Below are positions 28,401-37,900 of a DNA stretch of 64,000 bases, piece by piece. Source of the stretch: a virus. The first letter of the stretch is position 1. Every line of letters begins with the position of its first letter. The notes beneath the pieces were generated by a model. The model saw nothing but the letters and a program-made list of their open reading frames with translations. It was not told the origin of the DNA and did no database searches. Location of the stretch: IMG/VR virus record IMGVR_UViG_3300035703_000027, positions 1 through 64,000 of that record. One strand, 5' to 3'. A program made the translations under genes and the position numbers.

Positions 28401-30025
28401 AGGCCGCACTCAGCCAAGCCAAGCGCGAGGAACGCAAGGCCGCATGGACAGCTTCCACGCTGGACGAGGTGATGTCCGGCAGGCCGGGCCGGTACAGCCT
28501 GTGGCGCGGCCAGGCGGACAAGCGCGAGGGGGCGCCCCTTGGGGCTGACGAGGCCAACCACCGGCACCTTAACATTCTCACCACGTCGTACACGGCAAGC
28601 GGACAGCACGCCGGCAAACCGGTCGCCGAAGAACGGCTGTTTACGGTGGGGGGGCGCGTCTCAAAGATGGACGTGGAGCTGCGGCGCCCCTTCGTGGGGG
28701 ACGCTGCCGGCCTTGAATCGCTGCGAGCGAAGTACCTCGCGACCAATTCGGAGATCGAAAAACTCCAGAAGGAGGGCGTCGTGGCGCTGCCGGCGTGGCT
28801 GCTGGCGGTCTTGAAGCGTGATGGCTTCGACGCGTTCGTAATGGGCAAAAAGGATGGCGCCGAGATGGCGGTGTTCCCGGACAAGCCGAGCACGGCCTTC
28901 GACCGCGTGGATGACTTCAAGCCCCCGGCTGCCGTTAAACTGTTTACGGGGCTCGGGCTTCGGATTACGCCCCAGGAGGCAGAGCTGGCCGGGCTTGCGT
29001 CACCTATTACGATGACCGCCACGGAGTGGGGCAAGCACCTGGGGGTCAAGCTCGGCAGTCCCCGATGGGGCACCGTGATGCGCGTGCATCGTGATGCCGT
29101 TGTGGAGGCGGTCAAGTCGGGCGCGGAGGTGCCGCGCCGGGTCAAGCGGTCGGTTTTCCGTTACGCTGGCGACGATCGCCCGGTGGGGCTCCCTGCGGGC
29201 GAAGTGCGCACCCGCCTGACTGAATTGCAGAAGCAGCAACAGGCAGAGCGGTCCGAACTAGAGCGGCGCCGCAAAGAACTGGGCAATCAGATTCTGGCCC
29301 ACAAGGGCGGCGCCATGCACAGCGATCCAGGAACCAAGTGGGACGACACGTATCGCAACTTGGTTGAGCGGGAAACCGAGATGTGTCGGGAAAGTTCCCG
29401 CATGTACCGCAAGCATAAAGAGGAGCAACGGGAGGCGGTGATGTGTCCCGAGAAGCTGGAAATGGTCGTCAGCTATGACGATCACCCGGAGGCTCGGCCG
29501 CACCACGAGACGTGGAGGCAAGCAGTAAACCAGTTTGCGCGCATGGTTGGCCCCCGTCCCGGGGTTCACTGCGTGCAGATGCGGTATGACGAAAGCTCTT
29601 TCTGGGGCGACCGCGCAAGCTATAGCGATCACGGCCTGTGCGTGAACCTCAAGGGCGCTGATGGCGACATAGATGGAACCATCGTGCATGAGCTTGGGCA
29701 CTGGTTTGAGGTCAACGCCCCCGAAGTCCTTGAAAAGGCCATCGCGTTCCATCGCCGGCGGACGGAAGGCGAAAAGTGGGTGACGATGAACGAGGCCGAA
29801 CCCGGCGCCAACTACCATGAAACCGAGCACACCAAGGTGGACAATTTTTTCCGCCCCTACGTGGGTAAGCTGTATGGCGACTACCTGAAAGACGATGGAA
29901 AGATTACGGCCACCGAGATCGTCTCGATGGGCATCGAGCTGATGTGGCGCAGCCCGTCTTACTTCGCCGAAACCGATCCCGATTACTTCGACTTTATCTG
30001 GGGCCTGCTGCGGAGGACGAAATGA
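25472..30025 (+). CDS. Leader-cargo polyprotein 5: leader, ParB-like, kinase-like, second leader, ART-like, zincin peptidase
   Basis: Leader at N-terminus and again at about 27370; VDGHHR; GAGNTGTVY...LLDFS; LWRGQ...GFDAFV; HELGH...EIVSMG. Confidence 0.78.
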   Translation: MTRIHLPLIANPDRRLALLKAMVQVRTHTRADGATVQGYTREQQTAPERAELVDHLARTLKAGGREAVQVLGPADAHRTAVAIARKNRKPVHLHHARDAWRFSHRKPPGRACHEVHRHHTVAHAAGEAPRKLTHRQAREALKAAHQPPPAPVPGAETTRLAHVYHHVPGSHTLAAVEPGRIEVDPGAYQHRAGANARGEVRAWDGPEAWDPAHSYKPVLLHRRRNGKLYMVDGHHRLAQAHRLLKAGHALPPMNAVILSEKDGYTPAHMRAINALAAQRSDDDAQTTPPQGPAGAGNLPAGAGGPDTQAGWQPVGAGNTGTVYRDGAEVVKRTVTTDGARTAEGDVYDALRGTPGIAPGYRDGDAIRLPHYPTILSTDAVPAEARARHAAALRANAPRLNAAVHALSEAGYNYADPLQAGLDADGTLHLLDFSNAHRRGPADLTHADNNGYLQAYYRAFGLDDLAAQVGAAHHARRAMGAIAGAERELADVGLSEDELAAERDLTAQMHGAHIHAHHDRMRRELAGEPRYSYVGTAHPGKLPIGTTHVEAPGGHHVVLAAHPLDAEAIARHGLLPVEHPAVTPEGGAADAMALARLEALHQAEQGQAAPVADALEKGGLGADARGLSVDALLDMLKALIQVKAHTRRDGTQVRAHTRNIQSRAERQELVDALARRMAEGDHTRHATLASAVGAARHASKVNGKAVHVYEHAEGGWVATHDASHTEGHDERIVAVKGRARLHRAGEASRSLAHLKGPIAEHVEKPAPEPRVKKPRPKVEKKPALPDTPAGRLAGAYLATAHESRREAESRFYELLEKREASGEKVPTTGGLPTYYNDATGQFLEALEADMEAHGGEVSRHVEAAGFRLLDRDEASRLAQAYDQSQQERAWESEMARYTPQSLADEYEAHAGATDAEARENYSAQEARRAEQGAQMKGAKLEFMHAETGRAMYVADEDSKRMGDELLRRGWRPISWEEKAALSQAKREERKAAWTASTLDEVMSGRPGRYSLWRGQADKREGAPLGADEANHRHLNILTTSYTASGQHAGKPVAEERLFTVGGRVSKMDVELRRPFVGDAAGLESLRAKYLATNSEIEKLQKEGVVALPAWLLAVLKRDGFDAFVMGKKDGAEMAVFPDKPSTAFDRVDDFKPPAAVKLFTGLGLRITPQEAELAGLASPITMTATEWGKHLGVKLGSPRWGTVMRVHRDAVVEAVKSGAEVPRRVKRSVFRYAGDDRPVGLPAGEVRTRLTELQKQQQAERSELERRRKELGNQILAHKGGAMHSDPGTKWDDTYRNLVERETEMCRESSRMYRKHKEEQREAVMCPEKLEMVVSYDDHPEARPHHETWRQAVNQFARMVGPRPGVHCVQMRYDESSFWGDRASYSDHGLCVNLKGADGDIDGTIVHELGHWFEVNAPEVLEKAIAFHRRRTEGEKWVTMNEAEPGANYHETEHTKVDNFFRPYVGKLYGDYLKDDGKITATEIVSMGIELMWRSPSYFAETDPDYFDFIWGLLRRTK

Positions 30026-30291
30026 TCGTTGTGGCGCTCGACGGGACCGAATACCGGCTCAGGGACGGCAAGTGGCTGGGGCTGCCGGGGCGCACCCTCA
30101 AGCTGCTGGAATCCACCCGCGACCTGTGGCAGCTCGACATGCCGGAAGGGACCGGGCCGGGCGTGCTGCCAACCCAGCGGGATCGCGACAGGGCGTGGGC
30201 GAAGTGGGTGGTGCGCCACTACGGCGGCGCCCTGGTGCACGAGTCCCCCCTTCCGCCCCACGCCCCGGAGCGCCCCGGCGTCGTTTACTGA
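30022..30291 (+). CDS. Small partner protein after zincin 1 (immunity-like position)
   Basis: ATGA overlap with polyprotein 5; ends PERPGVVY. Confidence 0.7.
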   Translation: MIVVALDGTEYRLRDGKWLGLPGRTLKLLESTRDLWQLDMPEGTGPGVLPTQRDRDRAWAKWVVRHYGGALVHESPLPPHAPERPGVVY

Positions 30292-30304
30292 CGCGGGCGG
30301 CCCT

Positions 30305-30344
30305 GGCAATTCCTGACCTCGTGTCAGCAGCCCGGGGCTAGGAT
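30305..30344 (+). promoter_or_regulatory. Class B promoter-like motif
   Basis: GGCAA-N29-TAGGAT. Confidence 0.72.
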
Positions 30345-30361
30345 GTGGGGGGAGCACCCCC

Positions 30362-33271
30362 ATGTCTGAACGCCGTTTCCCCGTCCCCGAGGCCGTCCGC
30401 GCCGCCTTCCGGCGCGGGCTCGCGTTGCACGCCGACGGGCGCAGCGGCGACGGCCTGGTGCCGGCCACCGTCGGCTGGGCCCGGCGCCTCGCGGCGGGTG
30501 CGCCCGTCAGCGAGCGCAAGCTGCGCAAGATGGCCGCCTGGCACGCCCGCCACGCCGTCGATCGCCGGCCGGGCTGGAGCAAGCGCGGGCACGAAACCCC
30601 GGGCTACGTCGCCTTCCTGCTGTGGGGTGGCGCGAGCGGGCGATCGTTCGCCAACCGGATGGTGCGCAAGCTCGACCGGCTGGAGAAGGGCGGCCCGGCG
30701 CCGCTGCTGCTGCTGCCCGCCCGGCGCGGGCTGTCGCTGCGGGCCCTGCTGACGCTGTGGAAGGCCCTCATCCAGGTGCGGGCCCACACCCGCAAGGACG
30801 GCACGCAGGTGCGGGCCCACACGCGGAACATCCAGACCCGGGCGGAGCGTCAGGAGCTGGTGAACGCCCTCGCGCGCAAGATGGCCGAGGGCGAGCACAC
30901 GCGGCACAAGACCCTCGCCTCGGCGCTCGGCGCGGCCCGGCACGCGTCGAAGGTCAACGGCAAGGCCGCCGCGGTGTACGAGCACCCCGACGGGGGCTGG
31001 GTGGCGACGCACGCCACGGAGCACCACGCCGACCACCCGGAGCGCATCGAGGTCAAGCAGGGGCGGGCGCACCTGGTGCGCGCGGGCGGCAAGCCGCAGA
31101 GCCTGAAGCACATCAAGGGGGCGATCGAGGAGGGGGCGCCGGCGGCGGTGGTGCCCAAGGTCAAGCCGGCCCGGCCCAAGGCGGAGAAGGCCGAGAATCC
31201 TGCGCCGGAGAAACCGGCAGAGCCCGAGCAGGCCGAGCCGCCCAAGCCGGAGGAGCCCGGCCTGCCCCCGCTGGACGAGCGGCACAAGGCGCTGCTGGAT
31301 GGGCTGCTGGCGGCGGCGGTGGCGAGCAAGGACTATGACGGACGCAGCCGGCAGGCGATCGAGGCCAACGGCTTTGTCGATGTGGGTTCAGCGCACTTCG
31401 GCCACGCCGACATGCGCCAGCTCAACGTGCCGCGTGAAGCGCTGGAGGCGCTGGCGCCGCACCTTGCGCAGGCGGGGTTCAAGCACTTAGGGGTCGAGGA
31501 TCATCTCCGGTACTTGGCGCACAACAAAAAACAAGAGCGTGCGGGCTGGTCCGCAAGCAGTCAGCAGCAGATCGACAAGGGCGAGGCGGGCCTGTATCGC
31601 TTCTATCGCGCGGATCGCGAGTACGCGGGAACGGCCGCCCCTGTGATGCTCAAGGCGCCCCAGGCCGGCGATGACTTCATCGCGCTGTACGAACAAAACG
31701 TCGAGCGCCCCCTGCATGCGTGGGATGAGGGCGTGGAGCAGCGCGTGGCGGAGGCGCTGGAGGACCATTACGGATGGGAACGCAAGACCATCAAGGGCAA
31801 GAAAAAACCGGATGGCACGCGGTACACAGACGAATGGGAGGACATGAAGGCCTACGCCGCAGAGCGAGCCAGGAAGATCCTGGCAGGCGGCAAGCCGCTG
31901 GAGAAAGAGCTGATGGCGATCCTTGGCACGTCGCCCCGCAGCCTGGGGGACGCGCTGTTCGTCAGGGTCGGCAAGAAAACCCTGATGTACAACGCCATGC
32001 ACGACGGCGAGCAGCGTGTTTCATCGATCGGCAGCCCGAATGACTTGCGCAAGCACATCCGAGACATGTACTCGGTCGGGCATCCGGTGAGTGAAAACGC
32101 GGCCGTGAACGCGGAGTATTATCCGCACCTTGATGCGGCCGTCAAGGCGATGCAGGCTCCGCACGCCCTTACCAGTGACGCCTACGTGAAGGCTATCGAG
32201 GGCGCCATCGGGAAGCATGAAACCAGCACCGACCTCGGCAAGGCGTTTCACCGGCACCGGGAGGCGATGCGCAAGGCCCTGGCCGACGGCAAGGAGGTGC
32301 CGGCGGCGGTGCGCAGCGAATACTTCGAGTTTGCCGACGGACCCAAGCTCCCCAAGGGGCCCCACACCGACGCCGTGATCGCCGCCGTTGCCGAGGTGAA
32401 GCGCCGCCGGAAAGAGGTCGCGGACCAGATGCAGCTCATGGCCAATCAGCGCATCGAGCGACACGAGGCGTTTGCGGCCAGGTATCCGCTTCTGGGGGCA
32501 GATGGCAAGCCGACAGGAATGATTGACGACAGCGCCGTGCCGCCCGAAGAATTGAAGCAGTACGAGGCGCAGCGGGACGCGGACTGGGAAGCCGTCGAGG
32601 CCATTCAGCAGTCTTACAGCGCGGAGCAGGCCCGGGCCGACGTGGACAAGCTGCTGCGGGGAGCCGGCAAGGCCCGGTACACGGCGCACTTCGACCCCGA
32701 AGTCAGCGACGAGCACAGGGCGGCCTACCAGAAGGCCCTGGACTACTACGCCGAGCTGGCGGGTGCTCGCGCCGGGCACCGTCACGTGGTGGTGCGCTAC
32801 GTCGCCGACGGCGAGCACGGCCTGGAGGATCGCGCCTTTTACCGGAACCCTGAGATGACGATCGCCATGGGCAAGAGCCTTCCCAGGTGGCATGTTGGGC
32901 AGGTTGTGGTGCACGAAATGGCGCACGGCCTGGAGTACGAGCACCCGGACAACGCCAAGGCGTCAGCGGCGTTCGTGTTCGAGCACACCGAGGATCGTTA
33001 CGAGAAGCTCAACACGCTCACGAACTCGGACAGGTTCCAGGACTATGAGGTCGCAAGGCCCGCCAAGGCCGACGGCAAGGCGCTCTGGGATCCCTACCTG
33101 GGCAAGGCTTACGGCGCAACAAAGGTCGCCCCGGGCACCATCGACGACGTGCGCGCCACAGAGCTGGTCAGCATGGGGATGGATAGACTCTATGAGGACC
33201 CCATCGCCTTCATCTCCGATCACCCCGAGCACTTCCGCGTGCTTTGGGGCATGCTGCGGTCACAGGAGTAA
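30362..33271 (+). CDS. Leader-cargo protein 6: extra N-terminal phage domain, leader, C-terminal zincin peptidase
   Basis: RRGL...WARRLA...HARH...FLLWGG module; LWKALIQVRAHTRKDG; VHEMAHGLE...ELVSMG. Confidence 0.78.
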   Translation: MSERRFPVPEAVRAAFRRGLALHADGRSGDGLVPATVGWARRLAAGAPVSERKLRKMAAWHARHAVDRRPGWSKRGHETPGYVAFLLWGGASGRSFANRMVRKLDRLEKGGPAPLLLLPARRGLSLRALLTLWKALIQVRAHTRKDGTQVRAHTRNIQTRAERQELVNALARKMAEGEHTRHKTLASALGAARHASKVNGKAAAVYEHPDGGWVATHATEHHADHPERIEVKQGRAHLVRAGGKPQSLKHIKGAIEEGAPAAVVPKVKPARPKAEKAENPAPEKPAEPEQAEPPKPEEPGLPPLDERHKALLDGLLAAAVASKDYDGRSRQAIEANGFVDVGSAHFGHADMRQLNVPREALEALAPHLAQAGFKHLGVEDHLRYLAHNKKQERAGWSASSQQQIDKGEAGLYRFYRADREYAGTAAPVMLKAPQAGDDFIALYEQNVERPLHAWDEGVEQRVAEALEDHYGWERKTIKGKKKPDGTRYTDEWEDMKAYAAERARKILAGGKPLEKELMAILGTSPRSLGDALFVRVGKKTLMYNAMHDGEQRVSSIGSPNDLRKHIRDMYSVGHPVSENAAVNAEYYPHLDAAVKAMQAPHALTSDAYVKAIEGAIGKHETSTDLGKAFHRHREAMRKALADGKEVPAAVRSEYFEFADGPKLPKGPHTDAVIAAVAEVKRRRKEVADQMQLMANQRIERHEAFAARYPLLGADGKPTGMIDDSAVPPEELKQYEAQRDADWEAVEAIQQSYSAEQARADVDKLLRGAGKARYTAHFDPEVSDEHRAAYQKALDYYAELAGARAGHRHVVVRYVADGEHGLEDRAFYRNPEMTIAMGKSLPRWHVGQVVVHEMAHGLEYEHPDNAKASAAFVFEHTEDRYEKLNTLTNSDRFQDYEVARPAKADGKALWDPYLGKAYGATKVAPGTIDDVRATELVSMGMDRLYEDPIAFISDHPEHFRVLWGMLRSQE

Positions 33272-33274
33272 CCG

Positions 33275-33547
33275 ATGCGCATCCACCTGAGCGACGGCCT
33301 GGACACGGCCGTGCTGGACGACAGCGGACCCGAGCTGCGCTGGGAGTCCGACCGCCCGAGGCTGCGGGCTGCGCTTGATGCCTGCGTGCCCCGCTGGCGC
33401 AGCCGGGTCCAACCCCACCCCGACGACGGCACGATGCAGATCGCGAAGATGGCCGCGGCCGACTTTGCGCTGACCATCGTGAAGGTCGAAGGGGCGCGCA
33501 AGCGCCGCGCAGGGGCCGAGCCGCCCCCGCCCGGCACGGTGCTGTAG
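33275..33547 (+). CDS. Small partner protein after zincin 2 (immunity-like position)
   Basis: Starts 4 nt after the stop of 30362-33271; ends PPPPGTVL. Confidence 0.7.
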   Translation: MRIHLSDGLDTAVLDDSGPELRWESDRPRLRAALDACVPRWRSRVQPHPDDGTMQIAKMAAADFALTIVKVEGARKRRAGAEPPPPGTVL

Positions 33548-33637
33548 GCCCCCCGGGAGCCGCACGCGCCGGCTCGCCTCGGCCGTTGTTTCCCCGCTGG
33601 CGCATAAGGGGTACAATCGAGGCCCGAGGAGAACGCC

Positions 33638-34498
33638 ATGGAAGCCCGACCCCCCGCGCTGTTCGGCCGCGCCGCCTTGCTGGTGGCGGCGGTGCTGTCC
33701 CTGTCATGTGCCGTCGCGGTGCCCGCGGAGGTGCTCGCGCCGCTGGCGGCGGCGTCGCCTGGCGCGTCCCCGGTGGCGGTGCCGAGCGCGGCGCCAACCG
33801 CCCCGGGCGAGGCCGCGCCGGTGCCGGCCCCCGAGGGGGGCTACCCCACGCCGGACCCGGGCGCGCGGCAGCTCCAGGTGGCGCGCGTGGTGGACGGCGA
33901 CACGATCCAGCTCGTGGAGGGCGGCAAGCGCTTTTCGGTGCGCCTCATCGGGATCGACACGCCGGAGACGGTGCACCCGAGCAAGGGCGTGGAGTGCTAC
34001 GGGCCGGAGGCGTCGGCGTTCGTGAAGGGCCTGCTGACGGGCAAGGTGGTGGCCTACGGGACGGACCCGACGCAGGGCGAGACGGACAAGTACGGGCGCG
34101 GCCTGGGCTACGTCTGGTACGAGGGGCGGCTGGTGAACCAGGAGATCGTGCAGCGGGGGCTCGGGCGCGAGTACACCTACGCGAAGCCCTACCGCTACCA
34201 GCGGGAGTTCCGGGCCGTCGAGGCCAGCGCCCGCGCGGCCGGGCTGGGCCTCTGGGGTGGGGCCTGCCCGCAGACGTTCGAGTTCAGGACCCGCACCGAG
34301 CCGCTGGACGGGCCGGCCCTGGTCGATGTGGACAGCCTCCCCGACGCGCCGGAGTACGTCGCGCCTTCGATCGCGGTGAGCCTCCCCGCCGTGGCAAGCC
34401 CGGAGCCGTACAACCCCTGCGGCCCGGGGATGGTCTGGGTGGACGGCTACACGCGCAAGGATGGCCGATCCGTGAAGGGCTACTGCCGGCGCAAGTGA
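33638..34498 (+). CDS. Thermonuclease (SNase-like) with N-terminal hydrophobic signal and C-terminal VDGYTRKDG motif
   Basis: VVDGDTI, VRLIGIDTPET, DKYGR.LGYV, LVNQEIVQRGLG, ARAAGLGLWG. Confidence 0.88.
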   Translation: MEARPPALFGRAALLVAAVLSLSCAVAVPAEVLAPLAAASPGASPVAVPSAAPTAPGEAAPVPAPEGGYPTPDPGARQLQVARVVDGDTIQLVEGGKRFSVRLIGIDTPETVHPSKGVECYGPEASAFVKGLLTGKVVAYGTDPTQGETDKYGRGLGYVWYEGRLVNQEIVQRGLGREYTYAKPYRYQREFRAVEASARAAGLGLWGGACPQTFEFRTRTEPLDGPALVDVDSLPDAPEYVAPSIAVSLPAVASPEPYNPCGPGMVWVDGYTRKDGRSVKGYCRRK

Positions 34499-34522
34499 CG
34501 CGCTTGGCCCGCTGCCGCAGGC

Positions 34523-34834
34523 CTACCAGTCCGGCTCGACCGAGGTCGTCTCGATGCCGCCGCCGGCCGGCATCACCGTGTAGAGGCGGTTCTCGACCCG
34601 GTAGACGCACTCGCCCGTCCACGTGTCGAGCCGCACGTTGCGGTGGTTGAAGCTGGCGTAGCGGCCCGGGAAGGGCATGTCGAACGCCACGATCGCGAGG
34701 TACAGCCCCGCGGCCGTGAGCAGCGCGACCTGGAGCCGTGACAGCGGGGCCTCGCGGGCGCGCCGGTAGCACTCGGGGCACACCGTGGTCGCACGGGGCG
34801 GCGTCTCGGGGCTGGGTGGCGGGGTGGTCGTCAT
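34523..34834 (-). CDS. Small membrane protein with CPEC motif
   Basis: AGGAGG RBS; one hydrophobic segment. Confidence 0.55.
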   Translation of the reverse strand: MTTTPPPSPETPPRATTVCPECYRRAREAPLSRLQVALLTAAGLYLAIVAFDMPFPGRYASFNHRNVRLDTWTGECVYRVENRLYTVMPAGGGIETTSVEPDW

Positions 34835-34912
34835 GGTGGGGCCCTCCTGACCACAGCCATACCCCGCCGCCGGGCGGACCACGCCGGCCCCGGAGCGATG
34901 CGCCCGCGTCGT

Positions 34913-34952
34913 GGCAATCAGGCGATCGCCCGGGCGCCAACGGTGGCACGCT
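34913..34952 (+). promoter_or_regulatory. Class B promoter-like motif (variant -10 CACGCT)
   Basis: GGCAA-N29-CACGCT. Confidence 0.55.
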
Positions 34953-34973
34953 AGAGGCTGCCCGGAGGTAGCC

Positions 34974-37900
34974 ATGGCCCTGACGTTGCGTGTCCCGACC
35001 CGCCTGCTGAACCGCGACGAGCTGCTCTCGCTGCTCAAGTCGCTCAGCCACACCCGCGCGCACACGCGCCAGACGAAGTACGGCGCGCAGTGGGTGCACG
35101 ACTACTTCCGGCAGAGCAAGGAGGAGCGGGCGGCCCTGGTGGGCAAGCTCGCCAGGAAGCTCGCCCGGGGCGACCACCACGAGGCCATCGGCACGCTCGC
35201 GCAGGCCACGCTGGTGGCGAAGCGCATCAGCCGGCAGGCGCCCATCGACGTGCACGTGACGCAGGACGCGGACGGGCGCTACGGGGTGACGGCGAAGCCG
35301 AAGGCGACGCTCGCCATGCCGGTGGTGGCGTCGGCCGGCAAGGCCTACGTGGAGCACCCGGTGGCCGGCCGCGTCGAGATGAACGCGGTGCTCGCGGGCC
35401 GGGGGCTGCACCAGGTCGGGCGCAAGACGCTGGAGAAGCACGCGCACGTCGTGGCGACGATCGACGGGACGGACCACGCCACGGCGCTTGCCAAGCTGCA
35501 CGGCCAGCAGCGCGAGGCGATCGCCGCCCGGCTGGCGGCCGGCAAGACGGTGGCGGCCCGGGTGGTGGCGCCCCACGATTCTGCGTTGCACGCGCAGCTC
35601 GCCGGGGTGAAGGCGGAGCGGGCCCGCAAGGCGGAGCAGCGTCAGGCGGTCCGGCTGGCGCGCCAGGCGGAGCGCGAGGCGCGCGCGCAGCGCAACCTGG
35701 CGCGCGAGCAGCAGCGCACGGTGCGCAGGGCCGAGCAGAACCGGGCGCGCGCCGAGAAGCGGCGCACGGGCACAGGCCGCAAGCCCGGCGCGCAGCCGGG
35801 GAACGACAACGCCCAGGGTGCGCACGAAGTGCCCGCCTGGGCGCAGGGCGAGCGTACGCTGCCCACCTGGTCCTTCGGGGACGGCGGGGCGCGGCACGTC
35901 GCGGGGCTCGTCAAGGACGCGCTGGGCGAGCACGCGTTCCCGCAGACCACTGCATCGGCACCGGGCGCCATGGCCTATGTTTCGTGGCCGATGGGCGGCT
36001 ACAGCTACAACCTGGAGGTACGCCCCACCGCCGGCAACGTCATGGTGGCCTCGCTGGTGGCGCAGGACGGCAAGGGCCAGCAGGCGACGGTGTGGGAGCG
36101 GGCGGTGGACGGCACGCGTGACGACACCGAGGCCGCCCTGAAGGAGGGCGCCGGGGTGGCGCTGGTGCATGCGGGCCTGAAGGCCGGCACCCTGCCGCCC
36201 CTGCCCGAGCGCTGGTGGGCGCCGAAGCCGCCCGAGGTGGCGCCCACGCCCGAGGTGAAGCCGGCGGCCGAGAAGAAGCCGCGCGTCCGCAGCGGCAAGA
36301 AGGCCGGCGCGCAGCCCGGGAACGACAACGCCAAGGGGCCGCACGACGTGGAGCCGGCCGCCGAGGTGGCGAACCTGCACGCGCACCGGCACGACCTCGC
36401 GGAGCTGGTCAAGGCTGCGCTGGGGCCGGCCGGGGCGCGGCTGCGGGTGCAGGACTTCGCCCCGCGCGGACAGGGGGGCGTGCGGTCGATCATGGGACTT
36501 TCGGGCGCGGACCGGAAGGCGGCTATCGACGGGGTGGTGGGCCCCGGCAGTGCCCTGGAGATCGTAAGCGGCGAGCAGGGCGGGCCGGTCGAGCTGAGCT
36601 GGAGCATGCGGGGGGTCGCAGGGGTCGAGGAGAGCTACAGCCTGAAGGCCACGCCGGGTGGCGAGGTCGAGCTGGGGATGTGGCGCACCGACTACGACAA
36701 CCCGGACGCCAGCGGCTACGTGCCGCTGTGGCGCCAGCCGGCGGGGGCCTCGCTCGCGGAGGTGCAGGCCGCCCTTGCGGCGGGTGCCGAGGCAGCCCTG
36801 GTGCACGCCGGCGAGCGGGGGGACCAGGAGCTGCCGCCGCTGGGCGACGACACGGGCCGCAAGCCCGGCGCGCAGCCCGGGAACGACAACGCCAAGGGCA
36901 CCCGCGGCAAGAAGAAGGAGCGCGCGCCTCTGGCGACCCGGGACATCGCCGGCATGTCGCTGGAGGAGGTCAAGGCGCTCGTCGAGGACACCGCGTCCAT
37001 GCTGGATGGCAACACCGTCTACGACGGCGTGGTGATGGTCCAGGACGGCGCCGGGTTCAACGCGACGGACCACCACGCGGCGCTGCGCTGGCTGGGGCAG
37101 CACTACAAGACGGACCTCGACTACGTGCTGATGGCGCAGTCGCTCATCAAGTACAAGGGGCAGTACCTCGACGATCGCGCGGAGGTGTTCAAGGCGCTGG
37201 TGCGGGCGGCGGCCCCCGAGGACGGTGGTTCCGGGCCGCGCTTCAAGTGGAACATCAAGGCGGCGGGCTGGGTGCTCGGCAACGGGGACGTGCAGGGTGA
37301 GCGCCCGCCCATGTGCGTCTACGCCAAGGGCGAGGGCCAGTACGGGGTGCAGTTCAAGTACAACGCCGACTTCGTGGACGGCATCAAGCGGCTGGTGCCG
37401 CCAGGTCAGCGCACGTGGGACTCCGCCCGCAAGGAGTGGACCGTCAGCGCCCTGGGGGCGAACAAGCTGCTTGGGGAGTTTGGGCACCGGGTCGGGATCG
37501 ACTTCGAGGGGCACCAGGCCCTCGCGGCGGCGATGGAGTCCGAGGCGGGTGAAGCCGCCAAGAAGGAAGCCGCCGAGGCCGAGAAGCGCGCGGCCGAGCT
37601 GGCGGAGGCGCGGGTGCTGATGGGCGACGAGGTGCCGCAGGACGGAGAGTACGTGCTGCGGGGGCTCAAGGTCATCAAGGCGGCGCCTTACGTCACGCTG
37701 GAGGCGGTGCCGGGCTACGCGACCAACTACCAGGTGGCAGTGAAGTTCAACCAGTTCGACCCCGAGTTCAAGGATCGGCTCAAGGGGGCGGTGCGGGCGC
37801 GCTGGGAGCCTGCTTACAAGTCGTGGCTGGTGGACGCCCGCGAGGTGCGGGAGGTGCTCGCGCTGTTCCCGGGGGCCGGCATGGACGCCGCGGTGTACGA

